A stretch of DNA of 64,000 bases from a virus. Shown in pieces: positions 18,689-27,940 of the stretch. The DNA lies in the IMG/VR virus record IMGVR_UViG_3300044645_002359, positions 22,355 through 86,354 of that record. One strand, given 5' to 3'. The notes beneath the pieces were generated by a model. It had not been told where the DNA came from. It was given only the letters and a program-made list of their open reading frames with translations, and made no database searches. Position 1 is the stretch's first letter, and every line of letters begins with the position of its first letter. A program made the translations under genes and the position numbers.

Positions 18689-19789
18689 TCAACTTTCTGG
18701 AGAAGAGGAACTAAAGGAGTTTACTTGATACTTGACACTTTCACTAAGCTCATCTAGACTCATGTCCCGAATGTCTCTCTCCCAGATGTATATTACCGTA
18801 AACCCGTATTTCTCCGCAACTCCCTTCTTCTCTATATCCCTCTCCCAAATTTCTTCCACAAGGGTACTACCCCCTCCCGGAAGGTGAATACTGTCCCCAA
18901 ACGAATAGATTTCGGGGTTAGCGTGCCAATAGTCCCCCTGGACCTCTATTAGCACTTTGGTCCCCGTAATCAAAAAGTCAAATTGCCTTCTGGCAACAAA
19001 TCGAGAGAACTGAAATTTCAGACCCGCAAGTTCTAAAGCTTGAGACACCTTTTCTTCAACCTTGTTCATTTTCGTAAAAAACTTACCACTCAAGAAGTCA
19101 TCATTGACTTGCTTCCAGAATTTCCTTGTAAGCTCTCCTCTTCTTTCGGAGTACTCCTGCTTTCTTTCCTCGCCCCACCCCCTTCTCGTTTCCCTGAGTT
19201 TTTCTGCTATTGAACTCATCTTTTCCAAGGAAAAAGAAGCTCTAGTCAGAGAAATTGCCTCCGGGTTGGTAACCCTAAGCTTACCATAGCGCTCAAGATG
19301 AGTTTCGTTTATCTTTTCTTTGACATCTGAAAGTTGGAAAACATTGTCCACCCCGTACTTTGATCTAACTGTTTCATTTCTCTTGTGGTAAAATTCAGTT
19401 CCCTTACAGAGAACATTATTCACTCCGTACTTTTCTTGAGAAACTTTCACCATTTTACTTTTCTTTTGATTTGAACCATTAGCTTCTTTAATTTTTCTTA
19501 CAGGTATCTCAAAGTAGTCCATTAGAAAAGATAGTCTCCTGCCCGGTAATCCAAAAAGCTCTTTGAAGTCCGGGAAGCTGAACCCCTTAATCAGGTACAA
19601 GTGCTTTAGTTTTCTGCCACTCTCTAGTTTCAGCGCCGGGTAGCTAAGCTTCAAGGTGTTAAACCTGTACTCCTTTTCCGATAAACCAGGCCCCTTAAGA
19701 CAGGTTTTCAAATGAATCTTCCTTCCACACTCCTTAAGACAAACAAAGCAAACCAAACTCTTAACTAGAACCCCCATGAAAATCTCCAA
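18689..19789 (-). CDS. free-standing homing endonuclease (Vsr/DUF559-like PD-(D/E)xK C-terminal domain, repeated KYGVxNV N-terminal modules)
   Basis: The only − strand gene; C-terminal VLIEVQGDYWHANPE…ERDIEKK…GFTVIYIWERDI resembles a Vsr-like endonuclease domain; it sits between the IntN and IntC halves. Confidence 0.6.
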   Translation of the reverse strand: MEIFMGVLVKSLVCFVCLKECGRKIHLKTCLKGPGLSEKEYRFNTLKLSYPALKLESGRKLKHLYLIKGFSFPDFKELFGLPGRRLSFLMDYFEIPVRKIKEANGSNQKKSKMVKVSQEKYGVNNVLCKGTEFYHKRNETVRSKYGVDNVFQLSDVKEKINETHLERYGKLRVTNPEAISLTRASFSLEKMSSIAEKLRETRRGWGEERKQEYSERRGELTRKFWKQVNDDFLSGKFFTKMNKVEEKVSQALELAGLKFQFSRFVARRQFDFLITGTKVLIEVQGDYWHANPEIYSFGDSIHLPGGGSTLVEEIWERDIEKKGVAEKYGFTVIYIWERDIRDMSLDELSESVKYQVNSFSSSSPES

Positions 19790-20654
19790 AATAGAAAAGA
19801 TAGAAAGTGACTCCCACCTATATGATATACAAACTTTTACCCGTAACTTCTACGCTGAGGGGGTATTGGTACACAATAGCTTAATCAAGCTCTTCAACTA
19901 CAACGGGGACTGGATTGTTTCGACGTCCGGATCGGTGGCAGCAGCTTCGGAAGTTGGTTCCACTGGGCGTTCTTTTGAGGAACTGTTCTGGCTTGTCTTT
20001 GACGAAGTTGGTTATTCTCGGGAATGGCTCGATGAGGGTCTGTGCTATATCTTCGAACTGTGCCACCGCGATAACCGCATCGTTGTGGATTATGCAGAGC
20101 CTCAGTTACCGCTGCTGGCTGTGCGCGACCGTTCCAACGATTTCGAAGAGCTTGAACTTGTTTCGTTCTGCAACCTGTTCGGGTTCAAAGCTGCCAAGTC
20201 GTATGACCTGGGGAGCATGGAAGGCTTGATGGCAGTCGTGAACGATCGTGGCGCCGACCACGAAGGGTTTATCCTGTTTGACGGTGTTGGTCGTGCGAAA
20301 GCAAAGTCCGATGTGTACTGCCAAATGCACCGTGTTCGCGGAAACGGCGATCCGGACTTCTCCGAGCTTTTTCTGAACGACGATTTGGAAGAATTCCTAC
20401 TGCACTTCCCTGAGTACCGTGAGGGCTTCGACGTTCACCTGCGTTCCATCGACATAATGGAAGTTGCTGTGGAAGAGATCATGGGGGTTTACAACCACTT
20501 GAATCAGAAGGACTTTGCTCAAGTTGTAATTGCTAAGGAGAGGGAACTGTCGGGGGCTTGTTTTGCGATTCGCTCCGGTAAAGTTGGCTCCTTCGGTCAG
20601 TGGCTGGAAGGCTTGTCTCCGAAGAAGCTGGATGCCCTGCTGGGTATCAACTGA
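19776..20654 (+). CDS. split-intein IntC (…FYAEGVLVHN|S) fused to the RNA ligase 1 C-extein
   Basis: MKISKIEKIESDSHLYDIQTFTRNFYAEGVLVHNS gives intein blocks F and G with a +1 Ser. The extein SLIKLFNYNGDWIVSTSGS…EGFILFDGVGRAKAKSDVY matches T4 Rnl1 DGSLVST…KSKGS and motifs IV and V EGYVAV…KIKSDWY. Confidence 0.65.
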   Translation: MKISKIEKIESDSHLYDIQTFTRNFYAEGVLVHNSLIKLFNYNGDWIVSTSGSVAAASEVGSTGRSFEELFWLVFDEVGYSREWLDEGLCYIFELCHRDNRIVVDYAEPQLPLLAVRDRSNDFEELELVSFCNLFGFKAAKSYDLGSMEGLMAVVNDRGADHEGFILFDGVGRAKAKSDVYCQMHRVRGNGDPDFSELFLNDDLEEFLLHFPEYREGFDVHLRSIDIMEVAVEEIMGVYNHLNQKDFAQVVIAKERELSGACFAIRSGKVGSFGQWLEGLSPKKLDALLGIN

Positions 20655-20685
20655 CCTTAATTCCCTTTAGTAAAATCCAAACAAA

Positions 20686-20979
20686 ATGTCAATGTCAACC
20701 TACGTCTACGGTTATCGTTCCCCTGACGATGACGAACATCAAAAACATCTCAAAGTTCTAAGAGTTTGCCGCGAAGTTGGGGTTTCCCTTCCAGATGAAA
20801 CTTCGGACTATTTCGACGGTGTCAAACCAGAGTATATCGACCCAGATTGTACTCTGAAAGTGAGGATCCCGTTCATGAAGTCGTCCCCTGTCCTGGTTCC
20901 GCAGGCTATGAGATCATCCTTTCGGAGATTCCCCAAGGTGTCCATAAAATTCGATTTGAACATAGTTGGTAATCCCTAG
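20686..20979 (+). CDS. hypothetical protein (97 aa)
   Basis: ORF. Confidence 0.4.
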   Translation: MSMSTYVYGYRSPDDDEHQKHLKVLRVCREVGVSLPDETSDYFDGVKPEYIDPDCTLKVRIPFMKSSPVLVPQAMRSSFRRFPKVSIKFDLNIVGNP

Positions 20980-21011
20980 TTTTCTTTCTTACACATGCAC
21001 TCAACGAAACT

Positions 21012-21191
21012 ATGAACCCGAACAACGACGATCTGAACTATCTGCTTAGCCTACCCACCCCCAGACTGCTCAAGGTATTTCAAAGAGTGCGCGGCCAGTT
21101 GAGCGTGATAAATGAGTGTGACTGGGACAATTATAAACTTCAAGACGAGGAACTTAACTGGCTTCCTGAAAATGCGGATGTTTCGAGGTGA
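21012..21191 (+). CDS. small hypothetical protein (59 aa)
   Basis: ATG ORF below the track cutoff that fills an otherwise empty gap. Confidence 0.25.
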   Translation: MNPNNDDLNYLLSLPTPRLLKVFQRVRGQLSVINECDWDNYKLQDEELNWLPENADVSR

Positions 21192-21313
21192 GTTACAGAC
21201 GAACACGGTCACCCTAAGTTTAACCCAATATATGGGGCTTTGCAGATCAGAAATCTAGTGAATCTAAAAGAGAATCTTAAGGCAGAACTTGGCAAAAGGG
21301 AACATGTCACCCG

Positions 21314-21559
21314 TTGAATTCATTACAATTTCATCCTTTATATAAAATGATTTCAGTTCAATTTACAAACGCTGATTATGGCAATTCACCCATCGACCAT
21401 TACCCAGTGACACTTCCTTCAATTCCTGAGAGAGATAGTTTGGTGGAACTAGATGGAAAGTTACACCGTTTCAATGGCTCAACCTGGGAAGTCTGGTCCC
21501 ATAGCAATACACACGAGGTTAAGGTTGGCTTGTGTCCCATTTATTCCGAAAGTAATTAA
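21314..21559 (+). CDS. hypothetical protein (81 aa)
   Basis: ORF. Confidence 0.4.
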   Translation: MNSLQFHPLYKMISVQFTNADYGNSPIDHYPVTLPSIPERDSLVELDGKLHRFNGSTWEVWSHSNTHEVKVGLCPIYSESN

Positions 21560-21571
21560 CACGTCAGCAAA

Positions 21572-22045
21572 ATGGCAAAGTCTCAACATTATATCAATGC
21601 CCATGGTGAAGAAATTGACTTCACAGTTCAAGTGGCTACTCGTCCGAACCTTCGAGACAGTATTTCATACATGTTTCAATACCGTGGAATGAACATCCTT
21701 GAGCAGATGTTTGACAAGTGCGAAGTGGATCTCACCGTAGAAAAATTTGACCTTGAGTACCCCGAGCGATGGGCAAACTTGCTAGAGCTAAGAGCCATCC
21801 CTGAGAGAATGATGGTATGTTTTCCCAATCTAAAGACGGTATTCATTCAAACCCACTCTGTTTACCTTATTCAGAGCGTACATAATGGTCACGTATTTAT
21901 TGAGAAATTAATGGATGAAGAAGGTAACGAGGTGATCTACGATGAGGGAGACCCCAAAGATTTGACAAAACGCTATTGCCCACTTAATCGTGAGTTCAAG
22001 GGAATGTTCGTAGCCACTCCCAGTTCGATTCAACATATCCTTTAA
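21572..22045 (+). CDS. hypothetical protein (157 aa)
   Basis: ORF. Confidence 0.45.
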   Translation: MAKSQHYINAHGEEIDFTVQVATRPNLRDSISYMFQYRGMNILEQMFDKCEVDLTVEKFDLEYPERWANLLELRAIPERMMVCFPNLKTVFIQTHSVYLIQSVHNGHVFIEKLMDEEGNEVIYDEGDPKDLTKRYCPLNREFKGMFVATPSSIQHIL

Positions 22046-22405
22046 ATGGCCGAAATCAAAGTAGTCAACAAGTACCACATCGGCGGGAGGCCGATGAAGC
22101 CCCCGGAAGGAGTCATTCGTGCAGCAGTTTACCGCAGCACACCTTTAGGCAACCCTTTCAAAATGGTTAACTCTTCTATTGAGGAGAGGAACAGGGTGTG
22201 CGACGCTTACGAACAATGGTTACCAGCTAAGCTCCTGCAAGATGGAGCTGAGTTAGCCCAGTTCAACGAACTACTGAAACTAGCTCAAACACCGGGGTGC
22301 GAGGCACTAGAACTAATCTGCCATTGCGCCCCAAAACGTTGCCACGGAGACACCATTAAACGCTTACTCGAAACAGAACTTCAAAATGAAATTACCTTTG
22401 ACTAA
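22046..22405 (+). CDS. DUF4326-like protein
   Basis: GNPFKM…RVCDAYEQWL…CHCAPKRCHGD matches the DUF4326 pattern GNPF…Y..WL…C.C.P..CHGD. Confidence 0.45.
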   Translation: MAEIKVVNKYHIGGRPMKPPEGVIRAAVYRSTPLGNPFKMVNSSIEERNRVCDAYEQWLPAKLLQDGAELAQFNELLKLAQTPGCEALELICHCAPKRCHGDTIKRLLETELQNEITFD

Positions 22406-22625
22406 CGTCCTGTCAGAACTCTCTACTGAAGACAAGAATCTTTACACGGCACTTTTGAGTGTCGTCACAGTTGTAATTCTGCTCCTGCTGGGAATGACCT
22501 CTTGTGCTATCACGGAAAGTCGAGAGCGGATTAATAGAACAATCCTAGATTGCAGAAGTACAGCTGTTAATAGAGTCGAGTCAACAGATACACTCGACTT
22601 GATTTGTGGGAAACTGCCTCAGTGA
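22386..22625 (+). CDS. small membrane protein (79 aa)
   Basis: Transmembrane segment LLSVVTVVILLLLGMTSCAI. Confidence 0.35.
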   Translation: MKLPLTNVLSELSTEDKNLYTALLSVVTVVILLLLGMTSCAITESRERINRTILDCRSTAVNRVESTDTLDLICGKLPQ

Positions 22626-23362
22626 CACACTCCCGATATGCCATTATCGGAGACGTTCACTCTCAAGCATTCCCCTTGAAGAATGCCCTAGACTACTGTT
22701 ACGATAACAACTTAACTCCAATTATTCTTGGCGACCTTTTTGATTCGCAGTGTCAGGTTTCAGAGTCAGTTTCTGTTTACAACCTTGTAAGAAAGTCTCA
22801 GGGCGATCTTGGAGCGATTGTACTTCGCTCGAACCACCAGCACCTCCTTGAGAAACTTATCAAAAAAGAAGAGGTTTCCCTTAAAAAAGACTTGTGTAAA
22901 ACAGTCAGAGAGTTTCAAGAGGCAGGAATTTGTCTAACTGAGGTAGGGCAGTGGCTTGAAACTTTCCCTTACGTTTTCGCCTTCCGAGACTCTCGAGGAC
23001 AAGAGTACAGAGTCGCTCACGCGGAAATTCCTGCTTCAGTAAAGGTACCGAACTTCGATCAAACCTGGATGTATCTTCACCCCACGGAACAAGAGCTGCG
23101 ATGCCTGCTTTGGGGCGCCGATTACTCCCTGCCCAACCGTGACCGGTTCTGGTGGCTCGGGAAGCCCGAGAGGGACTGGGTAGCCGTCGCGGGCCATTAC
23201 CACAAGGTTGTCAACGATGGCCGCTCTCTCGTCCTCGACGCTGGGTGTGGAGGGAAGACCCGCGCCTGGTACGACAAGCGTCCCCCTGCGTTACTTCTCT
23301 ACGACGTTGAGGTCCAAAGCCTGATTGAATTCCCGGCTTTTGATAACTCGGTCGTAGGGTAA
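22622..23362 (+). CDS. metallophosphoesterase, PPP/ApaH-like (paralog 1)
   Basis: YAIIGDVHSQ…ILGDLFDS…LRSNHQHLL are PPP-family motifs; GTGA-coupled GTG start inferred. Confidence 0.6.
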   Translation: MTHSRYAIIGDVHSQAFPLKNALDYCYDNNLTPIILGDLFDSQCQVSESVSVYNLVRKSQGDLGAIVLRSNHQHLLEKLIKKEEVSLKKDLCKTVREFQEAGICLTEVGQWLETFPYVFAFRDSRGQEYRVAHAEIPASVKVPNFDQTWMYLHPTEQELRCLLWGADYSLPNRDRFWWLGKPERDWVAVAGHYHKVVNDGRSLVLDAGCGGKTRAWYDKRPPALLLYDVEVQSLIEFPAFDNSVVG

Positions 23363-23381
23363 GTTTCATCAGCGCAACTTC

Positions 23382-24032
23382 TTGATAATGAATCCTGGGT
23401 CAATCTCCGAAAGCACTCGCGAACTTGTATTTGACTTTACTCGGTGCGTCAAAGCCGACGGGAGCTTTTATGGTACGTCAGGTAAGTGCCGAAAAGGCTC
23501 CGAAGTTGATGCCAAGGAAAAACCCTATAAAGTAGGAGTAACTTGGGGCAAGTACAATATTCCAACCCCAGGCCACGCTCGCGTTGTCAAGAACCTGCTC
23601 AAGAAATCTCAGGTTGTGAACGTGATTATGAGCGGAGCGAAGACCAACGTCGACTGGAACTTGCGAAATCTAATGTTTCGCCGAGTGCTCAAGCAACAAG
23701 GGGTGGACGTTTCTCGTGTGAAATTCGTTCACGCCTCAAATACCTTTGAAGCTCTGACAAAGATCATTGATTCTCAAGGTTCGAAAAATGTTCTCCTTGC
23801 ACTTGGCGAAGATCGTAAGAACTACCTAGATGGACTGACCAAAAAGTTAGGGATCGGAGGGCAGTTAATCCCTCGTGCCGCTGGGTCGGAAAGTTCAACT
23901 ATGATGCGTGGGTTGATTGACTCCAAGGACTTCAAAAAGTTAGGAGAAATATACGGCAATGATCCTTATTTGGTGAAACTGGCTAGAATTATCCGGAACG
24001 AAGAGACGAAGAGGGACGGTAAACCGAACTGA
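23382..24032 (+). CDS. NMN/NaMN adenylyltransferase-like nucleotidyltransferase with the N-terminal DFTRCV…GKC module
   Basis: N-terminus LVFDFTRCVKADGSFYGTSGKCRKG is the shared module; then GKYNIPTPGHARVV (an HxGH-type motif) with cytidylyltransferase-fold similarity; paralog of 47873. Confidence 0.5.
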   Translation: MIMNPGSISESTRELVFDFTRCVKADGSFYGTSGKCRKGSEVDAKEKPYKVGVTWGKYNIPTPGHARVVKNLLKKSQVVNVIMSGAKTNVDWNLRNLMFRRVLKQQGVDVSRVKFVHASNTFEALTKIIDSQGSKNVLLALGEDRKNYLDGLTKKLGIGGQLIPRAAGSESSTMMRGLIDSKDFKKLGEIYGNDPYLVKLARIIRNEETKRDGKPN

Positions 24033-24079
24033 AGCCTTCGGCTTCCACCCTTGTTTTCGCTGAGCGAAAGCGGTATGAT
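24017..24079 (+). promoter_or_regulatory. hairpin-promoter cassette copy 8
   Basis: GGTAAACCGAActGAAGCCttcGGCTTC; -35 TTGTTT; spacer TCGCTGAGCGAAAG; -10 TATGAT; ATG at 24086. Confidence 0.55.
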
Positions 24080-24085
24080 TAATGT

Positions 24086-24409
24086 ATGAAAAGGAAAGTT
24101 AAAAAGAGAATCCAAAAACGGCTTCAGAAAAAAGTCTTTGATTTCGTACACCCGGTAGATCTGAACAAGGTTGTACCTCAAATTGAGAAAAACAAAAGGG
24201 CTATTCAGGCTCTTAGGGCTTTACACCTTGCTTACGATTCCGATCGACGGAGCGGTAGTGAGACCTACGGGTACTCTAGTTTAGAGAGTATCGAATCTAG
24301 CTTAGAGTACATCTGCGATCGCTGGGGCTGTGCATTCCGCTTAACTTGGCTTCTCGGAGTACCTGAAGCAGTGAGCAACCTGAAACAATTCAACTCATCT
24401 TCAAAATGA
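24086..24409 (+). CDS. hypothetical protein (107 aa)
   Basis: Leaderless ATG. Confidence 0.45.
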   Translation: MKRKVKKRIQKRLQKKVFDFVHPVDLNKVVPQIEKNKRAIQALRALHLAYDSDRRSGSETYGYSSLESIESSLEYICDRWGCAFRLTWLLGVPEAVSNLKQFNSSSK

Positions 24410-24711
24410 CCCTCAAGAATCTGAAAACTTTCCAGTCTGAAATCGAAAATCTTCTGAAGTTCGTGAAAAGAACTATTCAGTCTGATGACCGAGCTTGTGA
24501 AGATGACACCCTTCCTGGAATTCTGGTGACGGTTGGCGCCGGTGAGAACGATGACGGTTCTTTCTCTTGGAGTTACCAGACCGGTGACAACAGCTATACT
24601 GGAGGGGCATACGGCTTTCCCCACTGGGCCGTAATCAGCCTGCATCGCCGGAGCAACTGCCGCGCTCTTGCTCAGGATGCTGTGAACGAAATTCTCTACA
24701 GCCTAGTTTGA
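24406..24711 (+). CDS. hypothetical protein (101 aa)
   Basis: ATGA overlap. Confidence 0.4.
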   Translation: MTLKNLKTFQSEIENLLKFVKRTIQSDDRACEDDTLPGILVTVGAGENDDGSFSWSYQTGDNSYTGGAYGFPHWAVISLHRRSNCRALAQDAVNEILYSLV

Positions 24712-24746
24712 TACAGCGAATTCAACCCACTTAAACAACCGAAACC

Positions 24747-25127
24747 ATGCCTTGCAGTGACCCTTTCCCCTATGATCTCCCGGAGCCCCCTCCAAGGGAG
24801 CACACTCAACAAAAACTAAAATCAAACTCCTCTTACCAGAGAGCGAAGAATCTGGGACTTTACGGAGTCGAAACCACCGACGAAGAACTCCCTGGCAGAT
24901 TGATGGAAATTGCGTGCCAGGCGTTTCAAGAGTTGGATAATGCCCTCTCTGTGCTTATGTTTCCTGGGTTCGTGTACGAGTGTAAATTTCCAGAAAACCA
25001 CGAATGGTGGATCAACCATCAAGCGCGTGATGCAAAACGACTCGAAAGAGTTCTAGAGAATGCCCTAGCTAAACTAAGTGCTGAAGAGCAAGAGGTTCTC
25101 AAGGCTTTCTTCGGAGAGCAAAAATGA
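24747..25127 (+). CDS. hypothetical protein (126 aa)
   Basis: ORF. Confidence 0.4.
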   Translation: MPCSDPFPYDLPEPPPREHTQQKLKSNSSYQRAKNLGLYGVETTDEELPGRLMEIACQAFQELDNALSVLMFPGFVYECKFPENHEWWINHQARDAKRLERVLENALAKLSAEEQEVLKAFFGEQK

Positions 25128-25657
25128 ATACCATTGAACGAATTGCGGAGAACCTGGCTATATCTCTCTTAGAGTTTACGGGGAATTACTCAGGGTCTCC
25201 TTACAAAGAGAAGGCGGAGAAGGCTCTGGCAGAGTACAATATATGGGTGAGTAAAGGTTTGCAGTACGCTGCGGCGACCGGGTCTTTGAAGGACTTGGAG
25301 AAAGACATTTACTGGTTTCTCTGTGAGAACGAAGACAGCAGAACCGTTCAGTCTGCCGAGGTTGCAAGGATGGTTGAAGCCTTCCTAATCAGGCAGTCTG
25401 CTAAAGTAGACGCTGGCTCTCAAACACATGGAAAAACTTCCAGTGTAAGGGTGGATCCAGACAAAGTCATGCGATCTTTTCAAGAGGCCCTAGAGTCAGG
25501 ACTCTCGCAGGAAAGTGCGGTAGGGCAAGCAATCCTGTCGGCAACTCAGCAAATGTGGAGCCAATCTGATCTAGATGCCAATAGCGCTTCGATTCTATGC
25601 AGCTTTTCGGACCTGTGGAAAGAACTTTCCCTAAGCAAACCCTCTGAACAAACCTGA
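25124..25657 (+). CDS. hypothetical protein (177 aa)
   Basis: ATGA overlap. Confidence 0.45.
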   Translation: MNTIERIAENLAISLLEFTGNYSGSPYKEKAEKALAEYNIWVSKGLQYAAATGSLKDLEKDIYWFLCENEDSRTVQSAEVARMVEAFLIRQSAKVDAGSQTHGKTSSVRVDPDKVMRSFQEALESGLSQESAVGQAILSATQQMWSQSDLDANSASILCSFSDLWKELSLSKPSEQT

Positions 25658-25732
25658 ACAATGTCTTACCGCTCCCGTCGAAATTCAACCACCATGTCAT
25701 CTTCCTCATCTTCTGGATGAGGATTTTCCGGA

Positions 25733-25882
25733 TTGCTTACCGTCCTCTTCATCGGATTGAAACTCACCGGCCACATCACCTGGCCTTGGATTTGGGTTCT
25801 TTCCCCGTTGTGGATTTCCGCCCTGATCGCCATTGCTTTTATCGTCCTGTTCCTAGTTTTGGCTGTCCTCCTTAATAAGTGA
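25733..25882 (+). CDS. small membrane protein, paralog of 35765..35940 (TTG start; an in-frame TGA lies upstream)
   Basis: LLTVLFIGLKLTGHITWPWIWVLSPLWISALIAIAF aligns with GLLLGLKLTGQIAWSWLWVFSPILVV at 35765. Confidence 0.3.
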   Translation: MLTVLFIGLKLTGHITWPWIWVLSPLWISALIAIAFIVLFLVLAVLLNK

Positions 25883-26100
25883 CCCTTAGCACAACCAACA
25901 TCCGGAGAATCACCCCCGAGATCGCAGCCAAACTTGACATGCGACCGGGAGAGTGGTTTCGCAACTTGTTGCTGTGGGATTGCTATAAGGCAAGGCCCTT
26001 GGCTTTTAATCGTTGCACAGACCATCAGGAAGTTGTGGCCAAAGGGCTGTTGCCTGACGAGTTGTTGATTGGCGATTGCATTGACTTGGACTCTTCCTAG
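25879..26100 (+). CDS. hypothetical protein (73 aa, GTG start)
   Basis: GTGA-coupled ORF. Confidence 0.3.
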   Translation: MTLSTTNIRRITPEIAAKLDMRPGEWFRNLLLWDCYKARPLAFNRCTDHQEVVAKGLLPDELLIGDCIDLDSS

Positions 26101-26344
26101 TTACCAACATGTTTGAAAATTTAAAACAAAAATTCAGCGAGTGGCTCGAAGACACTACCCACTGGTTTAAAATCGGTGAGTCAACTATGTGGAGAGCTCG
26201 GAACAAACATTAAATTTAACAACCTGACACAAATGACAATACTACTCTCTTTTCTCCTAGTGGCAGCTACACTGGCTGTGAATCTTTCTATCTGGAGAGC
26301 TGCTGAGACTAAAGACGATCTCAAAAAGAATAAAACTAGTTTTT

Positions 26345-26426
26345 AGGGGGGACGGTTAACCGACTTTCTGCGGGGCGGAAAGGTTCGGTTCCCCCCCTTG
26401 TTTCTACTGTGCAGAAACGCTATGAT
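26345..26426 (+). promoter_or_regulatory. hairpin-promoter cassette copy 9 (long nested hairpin)
   Basis: GGGGGGAcggttaaccg…ggttcggtTCCCCCC; -35 TTGTTT; spacer CTACTGTGCAGAAA; -10 TATGAT. The conserved ATGAAC at 26433 opens only a 6-codon ORF. Confidence 0.5.
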
Positions 26427-26461
26427 TATTGCATGAACATGACACGAGCCTAATCTACAAA

Positions 26462-27586
26462 ATGGCAAACATCGAACGCAAACTTGCATCTGTCCGCAAA
26501 GTAACGGACATTCGCCCCATCCCCGACGCTGACGCCATCGAATGCGCCATTGTAGGTGGTGGTTGGCCCGTGGTAGTGAAAAAGGGAGAATTTCAGGTTG
26601 GCGACCTCGCCATCTACTTCGAGATTGATTCCTGGATTCCTCACGAACTTGCCCCATTCCTCTCCAAGGGGAAGAAACCAAGGGAGTATAATGGAGTGAA
26701 GGGGGAGAGGCTGAAAACTGTCAGGCTCCGTGGTCAAGTCTCCCAGGGTCTCCTGCTCCGCTTCTCGGACATCTCTCCAAGCTTCTACGTTGTCTCGCTA
26801 GCCGAACCTTACGGGGGGAGGGAATTTCTCCGAGTTGATCAGTGCGTGTGGGAGGAAGGTGAGGACTTCACTCTAGAGTTCGGAATTCAGAAATGGGAAG
26901 CTCCTGTCCCAGCTTGCTTGGCTGGTCAAGTTCGCGGGAACTTTCCTAGCTTCCTCGTGAAGACGGACCAGGAACGTTGTCAGAATGTTGTGGAGGAAAT
27001 CTTTGAGCGCCATAAGGGTGAAACCTACGAAGTTACTATCAAACTTGATGGGTCTTCCTGCACGGTCTACGTCAAGGACGGGGAAGTTGGGGTGTGCAGC
27101 CGTAACCTTGACCTCAAGGAAACCGAAGGCAATAGTTTCTGGAAGGCTGCTAGGGATCAGGGCATTATCGATGCTATGCTTGCATACAATGGGAAGACTG
27201 GTCACAGTATTGCCTTGCAGTCGGAAACCCTTGGAGAAGGCATCCAGGGCAACCAGGAAGGAATCAAGGGACAACGCCTATTCCTGTTTGACATCTTCGA
27301 TATCGACAGCCAAACTTACATGAAGCCAGGGGCCAGAATGAACCTCTTGGACAAGTACCTAGTTCCATTAGGCGCTGATTTAACCCATACCCCTGTCCTA
27401 CACCCCGCAATGTGTGTAACTGATAGTTCCGCCAACCTTGATGAGCTACTAGCGTACGCCGATGGCCCGTCCATGAACCCCAAAGTCAAACGCGAAGGCT
27501 TAGTATTCAAGTCCAATGACTCTGAGTTTTCCTTCAAGGCCATTAGTAATGAATGGCTCTTATCCAAGGGAAAGAAGGGTGGCTGA
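26462..27586 (+). CDS. ATP-dependent RNA ligase (KxDG nucleotidyltransferase with an N-terminal OB-like extension; DraRnl/Rnl5-like)
   Basis: Motif I IKLDGSS, motif IV EGLVFK, motif V FKAISNEWLLSKGKK; an N-terminal domain of about 170 aa precedes the nucleotidyltransferase. Confidence 0.65.
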   Translation: MANIERKLASVRKVTDIRPIPDADAIECAIVGGGWPVVVKKGEFQVGDLAIYFEIDSWIPHELAPFLSKGKKPREYNGVKGERLKTVRLRGQVSQGLLLRFSDISPSFYVVSLAEPYGGREFLRVDQCVWEEGEDFTLEFGIQKWEAPVPACLAGQVRGNFPSFLVKTDQERCQNVVEEIFERHKGETYEVTIKLDGSSCTVYVKDGEVGVCSRNLDLKETEGNSFWKAARDQGIIDAMLAYNGKTGHSIALQSETLGEGIQGNQEGIKGQRLFLFDIFDIDSQTYMKPGARMNLLDKYLVPLGADLTHTPVLHPAMCVTDSSANLDELLAYADGPSMNPKVKREGLVFKSNDSEFSFKAISNEWLLSKGKKGG

Positions 27587-27642
27587 TGCCAGTGCCCAAA
27601 GGACCCGTTGGCTGAATATTTAAAGTTTATCCACTCCGAAAA

Positions 27643-27864
27643 ATGCCCCCCCTAATCCGCTACGCAAACTGGCACATTCGCCGTTATAGGCAAAGAAATT
27701 CTACTCTGGAGCTAGCAATTATCTTTGCTTTTCATTGTTTGATTGCTTGTATTTCCTTGGCCGTAGGGGTCATGTCAACCCCTGTGAATCCCCTATTGGT
27801 GTCATGGGGCATCTCACTCCTTGCCGTTACCTGCTACATTCATCGCCCCATTCGCTACTACTGA
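27643..27864 (+). CDS. small membrane protein (73 aa)
   Basis: Two hydrophobic helices. Confidence 0.35.
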   Translation: MPPLIRYANWHIRRYRQRNSTLELAIIFAFHCLIACISLAVGVMSTPVNPLLVSWGISLLAVTCYIHRPIRYY

Positions 27865-27940
27865 CCGTCCCGCAACCCTTCACCGAAACATCCGACCCTC
27901 AACTACAAAAAGGGTATACCACCCGTACTCACACACCGCA

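Noticed and set aside
21191-21313. Possible TGA read-through extending ORF 21012..21191 by 40 codons
   Set aside because: A 40-codon open stretch after a stop arises by chance with probability about 0.14 and nothing here raises it above that.
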